Shown here: piece by piece, positions 42,241 through 51,488 of the stretch
Position numbering within the stretch: position 1 is the stretch's first letter
Layout: each line of letters opens with the position of its first letter
Source of the DNA: an uncultured delta proteobacterium
GTDB lineage: Bacteria; Myxococcota_A; Polyangia; Polyangiales; B10-G4
Length of the DNA stretch: 64,000 nt
NCBI GenBank assembly: GCA_963727445.1
Contig: CAVSGI010000005.1
Span: 64,001-128,000 of the forward strand
Reading direction: 5' to 3'
Notes under the pieces: generated by a model
Databases searched by the model: none
Told to the model about the DNA's origin: nothing
What the model saw: the letters and a program-made list of their open reading frames with translations, nothing else
Program-made: the position numbers and the translations under genes

Positions 42241-43056
42241 TCAGTCGTCGTAGAACATCGGCGGCCGCTTGCGAATGAAGCGCAAGACCAGCTCGCGGTC
42301 GTTTGGGGGAAGCGCATCGAACTGGATCCCCATCCCCGGCTCGGAGTCTGCCGAGAAATCGAGGGGGTCGCGGACGAAGCGCACCTGGCCCGTGACACGC
42401 ATCTCGAATCCACCCGGCAGGGTCACCAGCATGTTGATGGGCGTGCCACGCGGGAAGGTCTCGTAGGTCGCGAGGAAGACACCCCCCTCGCCGATCTCGC
42501 CGGAGAAGCCCACGTAGAAGTTCGACTCGGTGGTCGCGCCGATGTTGGCCTCCACCTCTTCGCGCGCCAGGTTGCTCGCGGGGGCCGAGGCGGCGGCCGC
42601 CGCGCTCTTCTGCTGTCCCGACAGGGGCACCGTCCCACCGGCCGCGGCGGGCACGTTCGGAACGGGTGCCGCTTTGGGCACCGCCACGCCGGGCTGTCCC
42701 GCAGCGGAAGGACGCACCGACGGCGCCTTCGAGGGAACGGTGGTGAGCGGGTAGAGGGAGCTCATCGACTTGGCGATGACCTCGGTCGCCACCGCGATCC
42801 CGGGGTGCTCGCCACGGACGTCCTGCAGCAGGGCGAGAGTCTGGCTCAGCGAGCCGAGGGCGCTGCGGACGCTCGACTTGCCGTCGGGCTCGGACGACGC
42901 GCGCTCCGCTTCGAAGAGCGCGCCCACCGCCATCGCGATGTTCTGCGCGACCGCGAGGACGTCTTCGGGGATGTTGCTGTCCTTCTGCAGCGCCTCGAGC
43001 GCGGAGCCCAATGCCTCACGCGCTTCCTTTGCCTGTGCGAGACCCGAATAACCCAT
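42241..43056 (-). CDS. TIGR02266-family PilZ-like protein (degenerate motifs)
   Basis: ESNFYVGFSGEIGEGGVFLAT, GQVRFVR, PGMGIQF and FIRKRPPMFYDD. Confidence 0.85.
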   Translation of the reverse strand: MGYSGLAQAKEAREALGSALEALQKDSNIPEDVLAVAQNIAMAVGALFEAERASSEPDGKSSVRSALGSLSQTLALLQDVRGEHPGIAVATEVIAKSMSSLYPLTTVPSKAPSVRPSAAGQPGVAVPKAAPVPNVPAAAGGTVPLSGQQKSAAAAASAPASNLAREEVEANIGATTESNFYVGFSGEIGEGGVFLATYETFPRGTPINMLVTLPGGFEMRVTGQVRFVRDPLDFSADSEPGMGIQFDALPPNDRELVLRFIRKRPPMFYDD

Positions 43057-43096
43057 CGATAAAGAGCTCCGCCTGAGGTTGAACGGCGATTCTACG

Positions 43097-43534
43097 TCAA
43101 AGCGCCTTGGTGAACACCACCCGGCTTCGCCCCGGCCCAGCGTAGTCCGCCACCTCTTCTACCCCGAATCCCAGGGCTTCGTGGAACCGAAGCGATCCTT
43201 CGTTTCCGACGAGAGTGATGGCTTTCAGTGACTTCGCACCCGCGTCGCGACAGCGCTTGGTGAAGAACTCGTAGAGGTCCTTCCCCACGCCGCGACGGCG
43301 GTGGTCGGGGTGGATCCCCACCAGGTGGACGTAGCCCACGGGGGGCGAGGTGGGGGCGAGGAAGCCGAGGAGGAAGCCCACGACCTGCTCGTCTTCCTCC
43401 GCGATCAGCGCGTCTCGTCCCAACTCGTAGAAGTAGACCGGATGGGCGCGCTCACCCGACGGACCATCCCACCAGCGGTCGAAGACCGACACGATGTAGT
43501 CGTAGTCCTGCTTGGTGATTCCGCGGATTTGCAC
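43097..43534 (-). CDS. GNAT family N-acetyltransferase
   Basis: YVHLVGIHPDHRRRGVGKDLY, NEGSLRFHEALGF and DYAGPG. Confidence 0.9.
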   Translation of the reverse strand: MQIRGITKQDYDYIVSVFDRWWDGPSGERAHPVYFYELGRDALIAEEDEQVVGFLLGFLAPTSPPVGYVHLVGIHPDHRRRGVGKDLYEFFTKRCRDAGAKSLKAITLVGNEGSLRFHEALGFGVEEVADYAGPGRSRVVFTKAL

Positions 43535-43591
43535 GTCGGGAGGCGCCGAGTAACACAGCCTGAGACCGATTGCACGTCCGGGCCCGGGCCG

Positions 43592-43867
43592 TCACTGGAG
43601 CGTGGGGCCGGGGTCGACCGTGCCGTAGCGCTCCTCGTAGCGGGCCAGGGTGTCGCCGAGGACCGCATGGAAACGCTTGGCGTGCGAGGGAGACATGAGA
43701 ATTCGGGCGAGGAGCCAGCCCGCCTGCCCCTGAACGAAGGCGTAGTCCAGGACGAAGGTGTCGTGGGTGCTGCCCACCTGGGCCACGTTGGCGAAGCGAC
43801 CCTTGGCGATGTCGTCCTCGGCTTTGATGGTGAAGGAGGGCTGCTTGGGGCGATGGGAGTCAGGCAT
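43592..43867 (-). CDS. DUF3467-like small protein
   Basis: DDIAKGRFANVAQV...FVLDYAF...ARILMSPSHAKRF...LARYEERYG. Start ATG 43867. Confidence 0.85.
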   Translation of the reverse strand: MPDSHRPKQPSFTIKAEDDIAKGRFANVAQVGSTHDTFVLDYAFVQGQAGWLLARILMSPSHAKRFHAVLGDTLARYEERYGTVDPGPTLQ

Positions 43868-43890
43868 GGTGCGGGATGATAGGGCCAGAG

Positions 43891-43918
43891 GGAACCTCGG
43901 CCAATCGGGTGTGTCCGT
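43891..43918 (+). promoter_or_regulatory. ECF-sigma-type promoter
   Basis: GGAACC-N16-GTCCGT, 6 nt before ATG 43925. Confidence 0.45.
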
Positions 43919-43924
43919 CGTGCT

Positions 43925-44671
43925 ATGACCAGCTTGGCCCCCGCCACCCGTCTCACCGAAGCCGACATGTCCGAACCGACGAGCGCCGGTGCCCGCGAGG
44001 AGCGGGAGCCCGAAGGAGCGAGCGACACGCCGTTGCTCTTCTGTCCCTTCTGTCGCGAGTGTTTCGAGGGCGAGGAGCTCTGTCCCGACCACGAGCTGGC
44101 CCTGGTGCCCTTCGATCGGCTGCCCAAGCGCCTCGACGTGGACTACACGCCGACGGATGACGAGGTCCTGCAGATGTACGACCTGCGCTTCGGCCGGGGC
44201 TGGCTCATGGGCGCCGCCGTCCTCTGTCTGGTCGGGTTCGTCCTGCCCATGGTCACCACCTCTTCGCCTGAGGAGTCCATCGTGTCCTCGGGCATCGCGG
44301 TCGCGAGCCGGGTGGCGCCGAACCTCTTCGTCCTGCCGGCCATCGCCCTGGGGATCGTCTCGATCCTCTTCCGGCGCCGGACGCTGCGCGCGATGCGGGC
44401 GGCGCGGATGGTGGTGCCGCTGATGGCGGGGGTGGGGATCTTCTCCCTCGCCTACACGCTCTATCGCATCAGCCAGGGCGCCGTGCAGCTGGGCGAGGCG
44501 CTCGGCACGACCGTGACGACCGAGCCGGACGTCGGTGTGTGGGTCATGGCGCTGTCGATGGCGACGGCGCTCTTCGCCGGTCTGAGGCTCGGGGTGGTGC
44601 GACGGAAGAAGGGGCTGCCTCACGGCGCCGAGCCGGAGGGTGACACCGGGATCGTCGTCGGCGACGACTGA
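43925..44671 (+). CDS. Hypothetical membrane protein with N-terminal zinc-ribbon-like motif
   Basis: FCPFCRECF...CPDH followed by about 4 TM segments. Confidence 0.7.
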   Translation: MTSLAPATRLTEADMSEPTSAGAREEREPEGASDTPLLFCPFCRECFEGEELCPDHELALVPFDRLPKRLDVDYTPTDDEVLQMYDLRFGRGWLMGAAVLCLVGFVLPMVTTSSPEESIVSSGIAVASRVAPNLFVLPAIALGIVSILFRRRTLRAMRAARMVVPLMAGVGIFSLAYTLYRISQGAVQLGEALGTTVTTEPDVGVWVMALSMATALFAGLRLGVVRRKKGLPHGAEPEGDTGIVVGDD

Positions 44672-44689
44672 GCGGGCGGCCGCCGCGCC

Positions 44690-45613
44690 CTATTCTTGCG
44701 GCTGGGCGGCCTCGATGGTCTTGAGGAAGGCCTTCTCGAGGGTGTGCGTCAGGGGCGAGAGGTGGCGCACCTGCTGCTTGGCGTCGACGGCGACCTCGAG
44801 GATGAAGTTGGCGTCCTTGCCATCCGGCACCCGCACTTCGAGCGTGGTGCCCTCGCGGGTGACCACGCACTTGGCGAGCTCCAGGGGCTTCTTGAGCCCG
44901 TCCGGGTCGCCCTTGATGCGGACCTCGTAGACGTCCTTGTCGGGGGTGACCAGCGGGTCGATGCCGCCGGCGTAGAGGACGTCGCCGCCGGCGATCACCA
45001 CCACCTGATCGCAGGTCTTCTCGACGTCGGGCAGGATGTGGGTCGACAGGATCACGCTCGCGCCCGTGCGCTGCGGGATGTCCAGGATGAGGGCGAGCAT
45101 CTCGTCCCGGCCACGAGGGTCGAGGCCGCTCGTGGGCTCGTCGAGGAGAAGGAGCTTCGGATCGCCGACGAGGGCCTGCGCGAGGCGCGCGCGCTGCTTC
45201 ATGCCGGTCGAGAAGGATCCGAGGCGCCGGTAGCGGGCTTCGCCGAGACCGACGTAGTGCAGGACCTGGTGGGCGCGGCCCGTCGCCTCGGAGGTCGGCA
45301 GGCCGCAGAGCTCGGCGGCGAAGGTGGCGTACTTCAGCGCCGTCATCTCGGGCATCACCGAGTCGCCTTCGGGCATGTAGCCGATGCGCGATCGCACGGT
45401 GAAGGGGTCGTGATTGACGTCGGTCCCGAAGACCTTCACCGACCCGTGATCCGGCGGCAGGAGCCCGAGCACCGTCTTGAGGAGCGTGCTCTTGCCCGCC
45501 CCGTTCGGGCCGAGCAGCCCGATCCGTCCTTCCTCGAGCGAGAGCGTGACGTCTTTGAGTGCGCGCAGCTCCCCGTAGCGCTTTTCGACCGCGTCGAGCT
45601 CGATGAGGGCCAT
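44690..45613 (-). CDS. ABC transporter ATP-binding protein (ABC-2 type)
   Basis: GPNGAGKST, FSTGMKQR, LLLDEPTSGLDP and STH. Start ATG 45613. Confidence 0.92.
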   Translation of the reverse strand: MALIELDAVEKRYGELRALKDVTLSLEEGRIGLLGPNGAGKSTLLKTVLGLLPPDHGSVKVFGTDVNHDPFTVRSRIGYMPEGDSVMPEMTALKYATFAAELCGLPTSEATGRAHQVLHYVGLGEARYRRLGSFSTGMKQRARLAQALVGDPKLLLLDEPTSGLDPRGRDEMLALILDIPQRTGASVILSTHILPDVEKTCDQVVVIAGGDVLYAGGIDPLVTPDKDVYEVRIKGDPDGLKKPLELAKCVVTREGTTLEVRVPDGKDANFILEVAVDAKQQVRHLSPLTHTLEKAFLKTIEAAQPQE

Positions 45614-45692
45614 GGCGCGCGGAAGGTAGCATACGGGCCCTGGCGTCCAGCTCTTCCCCCCGCCCCTTGCACGAACGAAACCGAACTTTTTT

Positions 45693-45720
45693 GGAACCAA
45701 GCCCAAGGGGCGCTGTCAGA
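45693..45720 (+). promoter_or_regulatory. ECF-sigma (sigmaE-like) promoter
   Basis: GGAACC-N16-GTCAGA about 150 nt upstream of ATG 45869. Confidence 0.5.
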
Positions 45721-45868
45721 AGGTTTGAACGGAGCGAGCGGCAGCAACCGAGACAGGCTGAAGAAGCCAACGTCAGTTGGGGCGCCGATTCCTCCGAGGA
45801 CCGACGGGTGAGATCCGCCCGACACACGACCCGTGCCGTGAGGGCACACGGGAGAGGAGAGCTGCGCG

Positions 45869-47404
45869 ATGACGACCGAGGCAAAGACGACCCATTACCA
45901 GATGGTGGCCAGCGGCCCCGCAGTGCCCGCCGAAGAGGTGGAGCGCGCCGAGCAAGCGGTCGAGGTGGTGGTGATGTGGGGCGACTCTGCGCTCCACGTC
46001 GCGCACCTCTCCCCGCCCCGCCCCTTCTACGTCGGTGAACAGAGCGAGAGCGGCGAAGCGCCGGACTGGCTCTGCGGCGCCGAGACCCTGGGGACCACGC
46101 GACTGCCCGTCGTGCTCGAAGGAGCGGGCGGTCCGAAGGTCGTGATCCCCGAAGGCGGTGAGCTCCGCGTCACCATCGAAGGCGAGACCCGCGACCTCGC
46201 GAGCCTCGCGGAGGCGGGGCTCCTCTCGCCCTGCGTCGAGCTCGCTGGTGCGCGCACCTACGACCTTCCGCCCACCGCGTCTGCCGAGATCGACTTCGGC
46301 GGCTTCACCTTCATCGTGCGTCCGACCCGCGCCGGCCGGCGCGTCGGCGTGGGCTTCGCCGAGATGATGGCGGCGATGGACCGCACCCATCTCAAGTACG
46401 TCGGCGGCGCGCTCGCCTTCTTCGCGACGCTCCTCGCCATGACCTACTTCCTGCCCCCCGCCGGCGGCGCCCTCAGCCTCGAGAACATCGACCAGAGCTC
46501 GCGCATCGTCGACTACCTCTCGGCGGCGCCCGAGATGATCGACGAGGACGCGCCGAGCTGGATCGAAGAAGACGGCCCCCGCGCCGACGAAGGTGGCACC
46601 GGTGAGCGCGCCGCCGAAGAGGAAGGCGCGATGGGAGACGAGGCGTCCGAGCAGACCGAGAATCGCTCGGGCATCCAGGGTCCCCGCGACAACCAGGACA
46701 TCCACATGGCCAACCGCGAGGCGCAGCGTGAAGCGGCGCGCACCGCGGGCATCCTCGGCGTGCTCGCCATGCAGAGCGGATCCGTCGGTCCCACCTCGCC
46801 CTTCGGGCGCGAGACCGCCATCGGCAACGACCCGATCAGCGCGCTCGGTGCGCTGATGGGCGACAACATCGGCAACAACTTCGGCTTCGGCGGCCTGGGC
46901 CTCACGGGCACCGGGCGCGGCGGCGGCGGTGACGGCCTCGGCACCTACGGCCTCGGCAACGAGGGCCTTCGCACCATCGGCCGCGGCGCCGGCTGTGACA
47001 GCCCGCCCTGCGGCGACGGATACGGCCGCAACGTGGGCATCGGCAATCGTGACCGTCAGTCCCATGTCCCCACACTGACCCCCGGCACCCCCGAGACGCA
47101 CGGCTCGCTCTCCGCCGAGACCATCCGCCGCGTGGTGCGCCGCCATCGCAACGAGGTTCGCCACTGCTACGAGCGTGAGCTCACCTCGCAGCCCGATCTC
47201 GAGGGACGCGTGACCGTCAGCTTCGTCATCTCCAACACCGGCGCGGTGATGGCGTCGAGCGTGGTCTCGGGACGCACCGACATCGCGAGCAACGAGGTCT
47301 CCAGCTGTGTCGCCAGCGCCGTGCGCCGCTGGCCCTTCCCGCAGCCCGACGGCGGGGGCGTGGTCTCCGTGACCTATCCCTTCCTCTTCTCCTCCAGCAA
47401 CTGA
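45869..47404 (+). CDS. AgmX/PglI C-terminal (TonB-C-like) domain membrane protein
   Basis: AGAGGA RBS; EVVVMWGD N-domain; single TM; Gly-rich linker; GSLSAETIRRVV...CYEREL...LEGRVTVSFVI...C...WPFPQPDGGGVVSVTYPF. Confidence 0.85.
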   Translation: MTTEAKTTHYQMVASGPAVPAEEVERAEQAVEVVVMWGDSALHVAHLSPPRPFYVGEQSESGEAPDWLCGAETLGTTRLPVVLEGAGGPKVVIPEGGELRVTIEGETRDLASLAEAGLLSPCVELAGARTYDLPPTASAEIDFGGFTFIVRPTRAGRRVGVGFAEMMAAMDRTHLKYVGGALAFFATLLAMTYFLPPAGGALSLENIDQSSRIVDYLSAAPEMIDEDAPSWIEEDGPRADEGGTGERAAEEEGAMGDEASEQTENRSGIQGPRDNQDIHMANREAQREAARTAGILGVLAMQSGSVGPTSPFGRETAIGNDPISALGALMGDNIGNNFGFGGLGLTGTGRGGGGDGLGTYGLGNEGLRTIGRGAGCDSPPCGDGYGRNVGIGNRDRQSHVPTLTPGTPETHGSLSAETIRRVVRRHRNEVRHCYERELTSQPDLEGRVTVSFVISNTGAVMASSVVSGRTDIASNEVSSCVASAVRRWPFPQPDGGGVVSVTYPFLFSSSN

Positions 47405-47430
47405 CGCCGCCTGCGCGTCGATCGCCAAGC

Positions 47431-47457
47431 AAGGCCCGCACTTCGGTGCGGGCCTTT
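47431..47457 (+). terminator. Intrinsic terminator
   Basis: AAGGCCCGCAC-TTCG-GTGCGGGCCTT-T: perfect 11-bp stem with a cUUCGg loop, between convergent genes. Confidence 0.8.
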
Positions 47458-47498
47458 CGCTGCTTGCCCATGCCCGTGCCCGTGCCCGGGCTAGACGC

Positions 47499-48476
47499 TC
47501 ACTCGCAGAGTGAGTCGCGACAGCGAAGGGGCATGGCACATGGGGCGCCGCAGGAACCGCAGTTGGCGGGGTCCACCGTGAGGTGCGCCTCGCAGCCGGT
47601 CGACGGGTCGGTGTCGCAGTCGCCCCAGTCGACGTCGCACGACACGATGCATCGCCCCCCGGTGCACACCGTGTCGGTGGCGTGGAAGGTGCCGGGGTCG
47701 GGGCAGAACGCGCCGCAAGCGCCGCAGTGCATCATGTCCGTCGTCGTGTCGACCTCGCATCCATCGGAGGCGTCGCGATTGCAGTCGGCATAGCCGGGAT
47801 CGCAGCCGAGGATGCACGAGCCGTCGACGCACATGCGGCCCGCGACGTGCGCGCCGGCTGCGGGGCAGGCGCGATCGCAGCTGCCGCAGTGGTCCACGTC
47901 GGTCATCAGGTCGAAGTCCTCGTCCACGTTCGAGTCGCAGTCGTCGTCTGCGTCGTTGCAGATCTCCGGCATGCCACATACGTCGGGCGTCGCGTCGGGC
48001 ACGGCGGTGTCGACACCGGCGTCGCGACACTGCTCGCCGCCCTCGAACTCGCATGGTTCGACCTCGGCCGGGCGGCAGCCGCCGCCCTGGCAGGTGCTCC
48101 CCGCCCCGCAGCTCGTGCCCACGCACGCGGCGTCGAGGGTCACGATGAGCTTCAGCGATTCCCCTTCGACGAAGGAGACGCGGAGCACCCGGGTCACCAC
48201 CTCGGCGGTGCCCATGAGACCGGCGACCTCCACTTCCACCGGGCCGAGGGGTCCGCTCTGGTGCACCAGGGTGAGCGAACGCGGGAGCGGCTTTTCCGCG
48301 AGGTTGGCATCGGCGCTCTGCACCTCCCCCATCGGACGGGCAGCGGCGATGCGCACGTGATCGATCTGGGCGATCACCGCGTCATCGGCATGAACCTCGA
48401 CGATGATCTCAGTGACCTGCCCCGAGCAGGAAGCGAGGAGCACCGCGGCCGCCATCGACGTGAGGTGGGGTCGCAA
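47499..48476 (-). CDS. Cys-rich lipoprotein with MopE-like metal-binding motif and 3 [H/N]CGxCxxxC repeats
   Basis: Lipobox LLAS-C; PEICNDADDDCDSNVDE; TDVDHCGSCDRAC, TDMMHCGACGAFC and VDPANCGSCGAPC. TTG start 2 nt after the upstream stop. Confidence 0.8.
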   Translation of the reverse strand: MRPHLTSMAAAVLLASCSGQVTEIIVEVHADDAVIAQIDHVRIAAARPMGEVQSADANLAEKPLPRSLTLVHQSGPLGPVEVEVAGLMGTAEVVTRVLRVSFVEGESLKLIVTLDAACVGTSCGAGSTCQGGGCRPAEVEPCEFEGGEQCRDAGVDTAVPDATPDVCGMPEICNDADDDCDSNVDEDFDLMTDVDHCGSCDRACPAAGAHVAGRMCVDGSCILGCDPGYADCNRDASDGCEVDTTTDMMHCGACGAFCPDPGTFHATDTVCTGGRCIVSCDVDWGDCDTDPSTGCEAHLTVDPANCGSCGAPCAMPLRCRDSLCE

Positions 48477-48478
48477 GA

Positions 48479-49297
48479 TCAACGGATCTCCAGAACGCCG
48501 GGCATGAAGTCGCCCTGAGTCGGGCTCTGCATGTCGTTCACGATGAAGTAGGCTGCGACCACGCCGCCGCCCACCACCGCCAACGCGAGGGTGGTCCAGA
48601 GCCACCACAGGCTCCCGCCCCCATCGCCGTCCTCGGCGACGTCGGCCGGCTGTGCTCCGGCGTCCCCCACCGCCACCGGAGGCAGCGCTGGCGCGACCAG
48701 CTGGACCACCTCGGTCGCACCGTCGGCGACCATCACCTCTTCGCTCTGGATCACTTCCCCGTCATCGACGCTCAACCGCGCCAGGTGCCGTCCGGGATCG
48801 ACGGGGTGATCCACGCCGATCACCGCGTCGGGGAGATCGCGGCCGTCGAGCGTCACGTGCACGCCCGTCCTCATGTTGCGCACGTCGATCCGGAGCCGTC
48901 CGAGTCGCTCCTCCACCGTCCCGCGGAGCGCGGTCGCCGGTCGCGCCACATCCGGCGGAACGTCCTCGCCCTCCTCGATGATCCGCAGCTGCTCGGATGC
49001 TTCGACCAGGCGTCCGAGGTGCACGAGCGACTCGGCGAGGTTGTATCGGATCTGCGGCGTCTCCTTCAGCTCGAGGGCGCGCGCGAAACGGTCAGCTGCT
49101 TGTTGCCAGCGGTTGTGCCGCGCGTGACGCATCCCCTGCGTGAATTGGTCGCGCGCGAGCGCCTGTCGCTCGGCCTCGCTCATCTCGTTCACGGGCCGCT
49201 CCGCCGTGCCCCGTGCCTGCGCCTGGACGGAGCCCGACGTGGCCGTACCGAGGACCAGAACGAAGCCGATGGTGAGGAGCGCTTCGGGGGGCACCAC
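48479..49297 (-). CDS. Secreted TPR + PEGA-like protein with C-terminal hydrophobic segment
   Basis: Signal ending VQA-Q; ARDQFTQG...WQQAADRFARALEL...YNLA...LGRLVEA; VTLDGR...VDPGRH; WWLWTTLALAVVGGGVVAAYF. Confidence 0.8.
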   Translation of the reverse strand: MVPPEALLTIGFVLVLGTATSGSVQAQARGTAERPVNEMSEAERQALARDQFTQGMRHARHNRWQQAADRFARALELKETPQIRYNLAESLVHLGRLVEASEQLRIIEEGEDVPPDVARPATALRGTVEERLGRLRIDVRNMRTGVHVTLDGRDLPDAVIGVDHPVDPGRHLARLSVDDGEVIQSEEVMVADGATEVVQLVAPALPPVAVGDAGAQPADVAEDGDGGGSLWWLWTTLALAVVGGGVVAAYFIVNDMQSPTQGDFMPGVLEIR

Positions 49298-49321
49298 CCG
49301 GGATCATACCCAAGTGGGGAC

Positions 49322-50890
49322 TCAGAATCCCGGGCTACCGAGCAACATGCCGGGATCACGCATTCCGCGGCGCATTCTGCGCATCCCGGCGGGCCGGGCG
49401 GCGGTGACGCGATAGGTCCCATCCTCGAGCGCGTTGTGCTCGACCCGGAAGGGCCGCCGGCGGCGCACCCGCACCTCGATCACGTGCGTCTCGTCCGCGC
49501 GCTCGAAAGTGATCGGGCCAGAGGCGTGGCGCTCGCCATCGACGAAGATCCGGGCCCGACGAGGCACGGCCTCCAAGGTCACGGTGACGGTGCTCGCCTC
49601 CCCGGCGGCATCCCCTTCGCTCGCCGCCGCCGCGTCGGCTTCCGCTTCGGTCGCGCTCGCCTGGTCTTGCGCTGCGCCGGCTTCCGTCGCCTCCAGATCG
49701 GCGGCCAGCTCTTCTTCGTCGACGGACGCGCTCTGCGGCGCGGAGGCCGTGTCGGCGGGTGGCGGCCAGATGCGATCACGGAGCTGATAGGTCGCGACCC
49801 CGCTGGCCACCATGAGGAAGACCGCGATGCCGATCACCCACGGCCACTTCGCTTTGTGCGGGGCCGGCTCGGGCGGCCCCGGGTACTCGCTCGAAGGCAC
49901 GATGCCGGACTCGTCGGGCTCGAGCGAGTCGCCCACCGCGCTTCGCAGATCCCCGGCGGCGGTGGTCGGGAAGATGCTGTCGCCCACGTTGCCGCCGACC
50001 GTGCCGCGGATGTCGTCGAGATCCGCGGCGGTGTCGGTCGCCGCCTGCAGAAGCGCCCGCCGAAACTCGCGGGCGGTCTGGAAGCGATCCGCGCGATCGA
50101 GCGCCATCGCCTTTTCGACCACCGCGGCGACCTGGGGCCCGAGGTCCGGCCGGCGCTCGGCGAACGGTGTGTGGCTGGCCTCGATGATCTCGATGATCAG
50201 ATCACCGACCCGGTTGCCGTCGTAGGGCGGGGCGCCGGCGAGGGTCTCGTAGAGGACCGTGCCCATCGCGTAGATGTCGGTCCGGTGGTCGATGTCGTGC
50301 AGACCGCGGGCCTGCTCCGGTGACATGTATCGTGGGGTCCCGGTGAGTGCGTTCTCCTGGCTGGGGAGCACCGATTGCAGATCGTCATTCTCGTCGGCAC
50401 GTGACACGCCGAAGTCGAGGAGCTTCGGATAGACGCCGTCGGCATCGGTGAGGACGAAGATGTTCGCGGGCTTGATGTCGCGGTGGACGATCTTGGCCTC
50501 GTGAACCGCCGCGAGACCGCTGAGCGTGCGGGCGAAGATGCGGATGACGTCGTCGAAGGAGATGGCCTTGCCCGAGGCCAGACGCTCCTGCAGCGTCTCA
50601 CCGTCGAGGTACTCCATGACCATGTAGGGGTCGCCCCGTTCGTCGGTCCCGAAGTCGATGATGTCGACCACGTTGCGGTGGTCGACGGCGGCCGCGACCC
50701 GCGCTTCTCGGAGGAAGCGCTCTCGCACCTTCTCCCGGGGGCCCGCCAGGTGAAGAAACTTCACGGCGACGAGCCGTCCAAGCTCGACGTGCCGGGCGCG
50801 CCACACGGTAGCCATCCCGCCCTCGCCGATGGTCTCTTCGAGGCGGTACTTCCCGACGATGGTCTGCTCGGAGCTCGACATGGGCTCCAT
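49322..50890 (-). CDS. Membrane Ser/Thr protein kinase with periplasmic PEGA-like domain
   Basis: IGEGGMATV, VAVK, HRDIKPAN, DFG and GTPRYMSPE; TM WPWVIGIAVFLMVASGVATY; VPRRARIFVDG; ends LLGSPGF. Confidence 0.9.
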   Translation of the reverse strand: MEPMSSSEQTIVGKYRLEETIGEGGMATVWRARHVELGRLVAVKFLHLAGPREKVRERFLREARVAAAVDHRNVVDIIDFGTDERGDPYMVMEYLDGETLQERLASGKAISFDDVIRIFARTLSGLAAVHEAKIVHRDIKPANIFVLTDADGVYPKLLDFGVSRADENDDLQSVLPSQENALTGTPRYMSPEQARGLHDIDHRTDIYAMGTVLYETLAGAPPYDGNRVGDLIIEIIEASHTPFAERRPDLGPQVAAVVEKAMALDRADRFQTAREFRRALLQAATDTAADLDDIRGTVGGNVGDSIFPTTAAGDLRSAVGDSLEPDESGIVPSSEYPGPPEPAPHKAKWPWVIGIAVFLMVASGVATYQLRDRIWPPPADTASAPQSASVDEEELAADLEATEAGAAQDQASATEAEADAAAASEGDAAGEASTVTVTLEAVPRRARIFVDGERHASGPITFERADETHVIEVRVRRRRPFRVEHNALEDGTYRVTAARPAGMRRMRRGMRDPGMLLGSPGF

Positions 50891-50992
50891 GGGGGAGATC
50901 ATAACGCGATCGCCCGATCACGGCACTATCAGCGATCGCCCTCCATGGCCGTGGCCCAGGCACTCGGGGATCCGAGCTATCATTCCGCCCCG

Positions 50993-51478
50993 ATGCGCGC
51001 TTTTCTTTCCGCCTGCCTGCTCTGGTCCGTCTCGATCGCCACCAGCGCCTGCTCCCAATCCACCGACTGCGCGGATGGCGACTGCGTGTGCATGGGCACC
51101 TGCGCCTGCCTGCCCGGTGACGAGCTCACCATGGACACCATCGACGCCCAGCCTCTCTACACCGTCGATGGGATCCCGGTGGTGGTCGTGAGGCTCGACC
51201 TCGCCGGGCAGTGCCTCGGTGAGGGCGCGCGTACCTACGTGGTCTACCGGACGACGTCCCTCGAGATCTCCACCGGCCCCGTGGACGTCGACGACTTCCG
51301 CACGCCCCGCCACGTTCCCGACTCCTTCGCCTACGAGTACATGGACCTCTCCATCGAGGTCCGCGACATCGCGGGCCCCGGCGTCAGCCTCGCCTTCGTG
51401 GACCCTTCGGGCACGAACGAGACGCTGATGGCGGAGTGTGTCGAGACCGGCGGCGTCTTGAGCTGCACGCAGCTCTGA
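50993..51478 (+). CDS. Hypothetical Cys-rich lipoprotein
   Basis: MRAFLSACLLWSVSIATSA-C; CADGDCVCMGTCAC. Confidence 0.65.
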   Translation: MRAFLSACLLWSVSIATSACSQSTDCADGDCVCMGTCACLPGDELTMDTIDAQPLYTVDGIPVVVVRLDLAGQCLGEGARTYVVYRTTSLEISTGPVDVDDFRTPRHVPDSFAYEYMDLSIEVRDIAGPGVSLAFVDPSGTNETLMAECVETGGVLSCTQL

Positions 51479-51488
51479 CGCCGGCCGC

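Noticed and set aside
47465..47490. GCCC(A/G)T short repeats containing GGCACG (sigma54-like) on the minus strand
   Set aside because: They lie between convergent gene ends, the GG-N10-GC context is poor, and there is no downstream gene.
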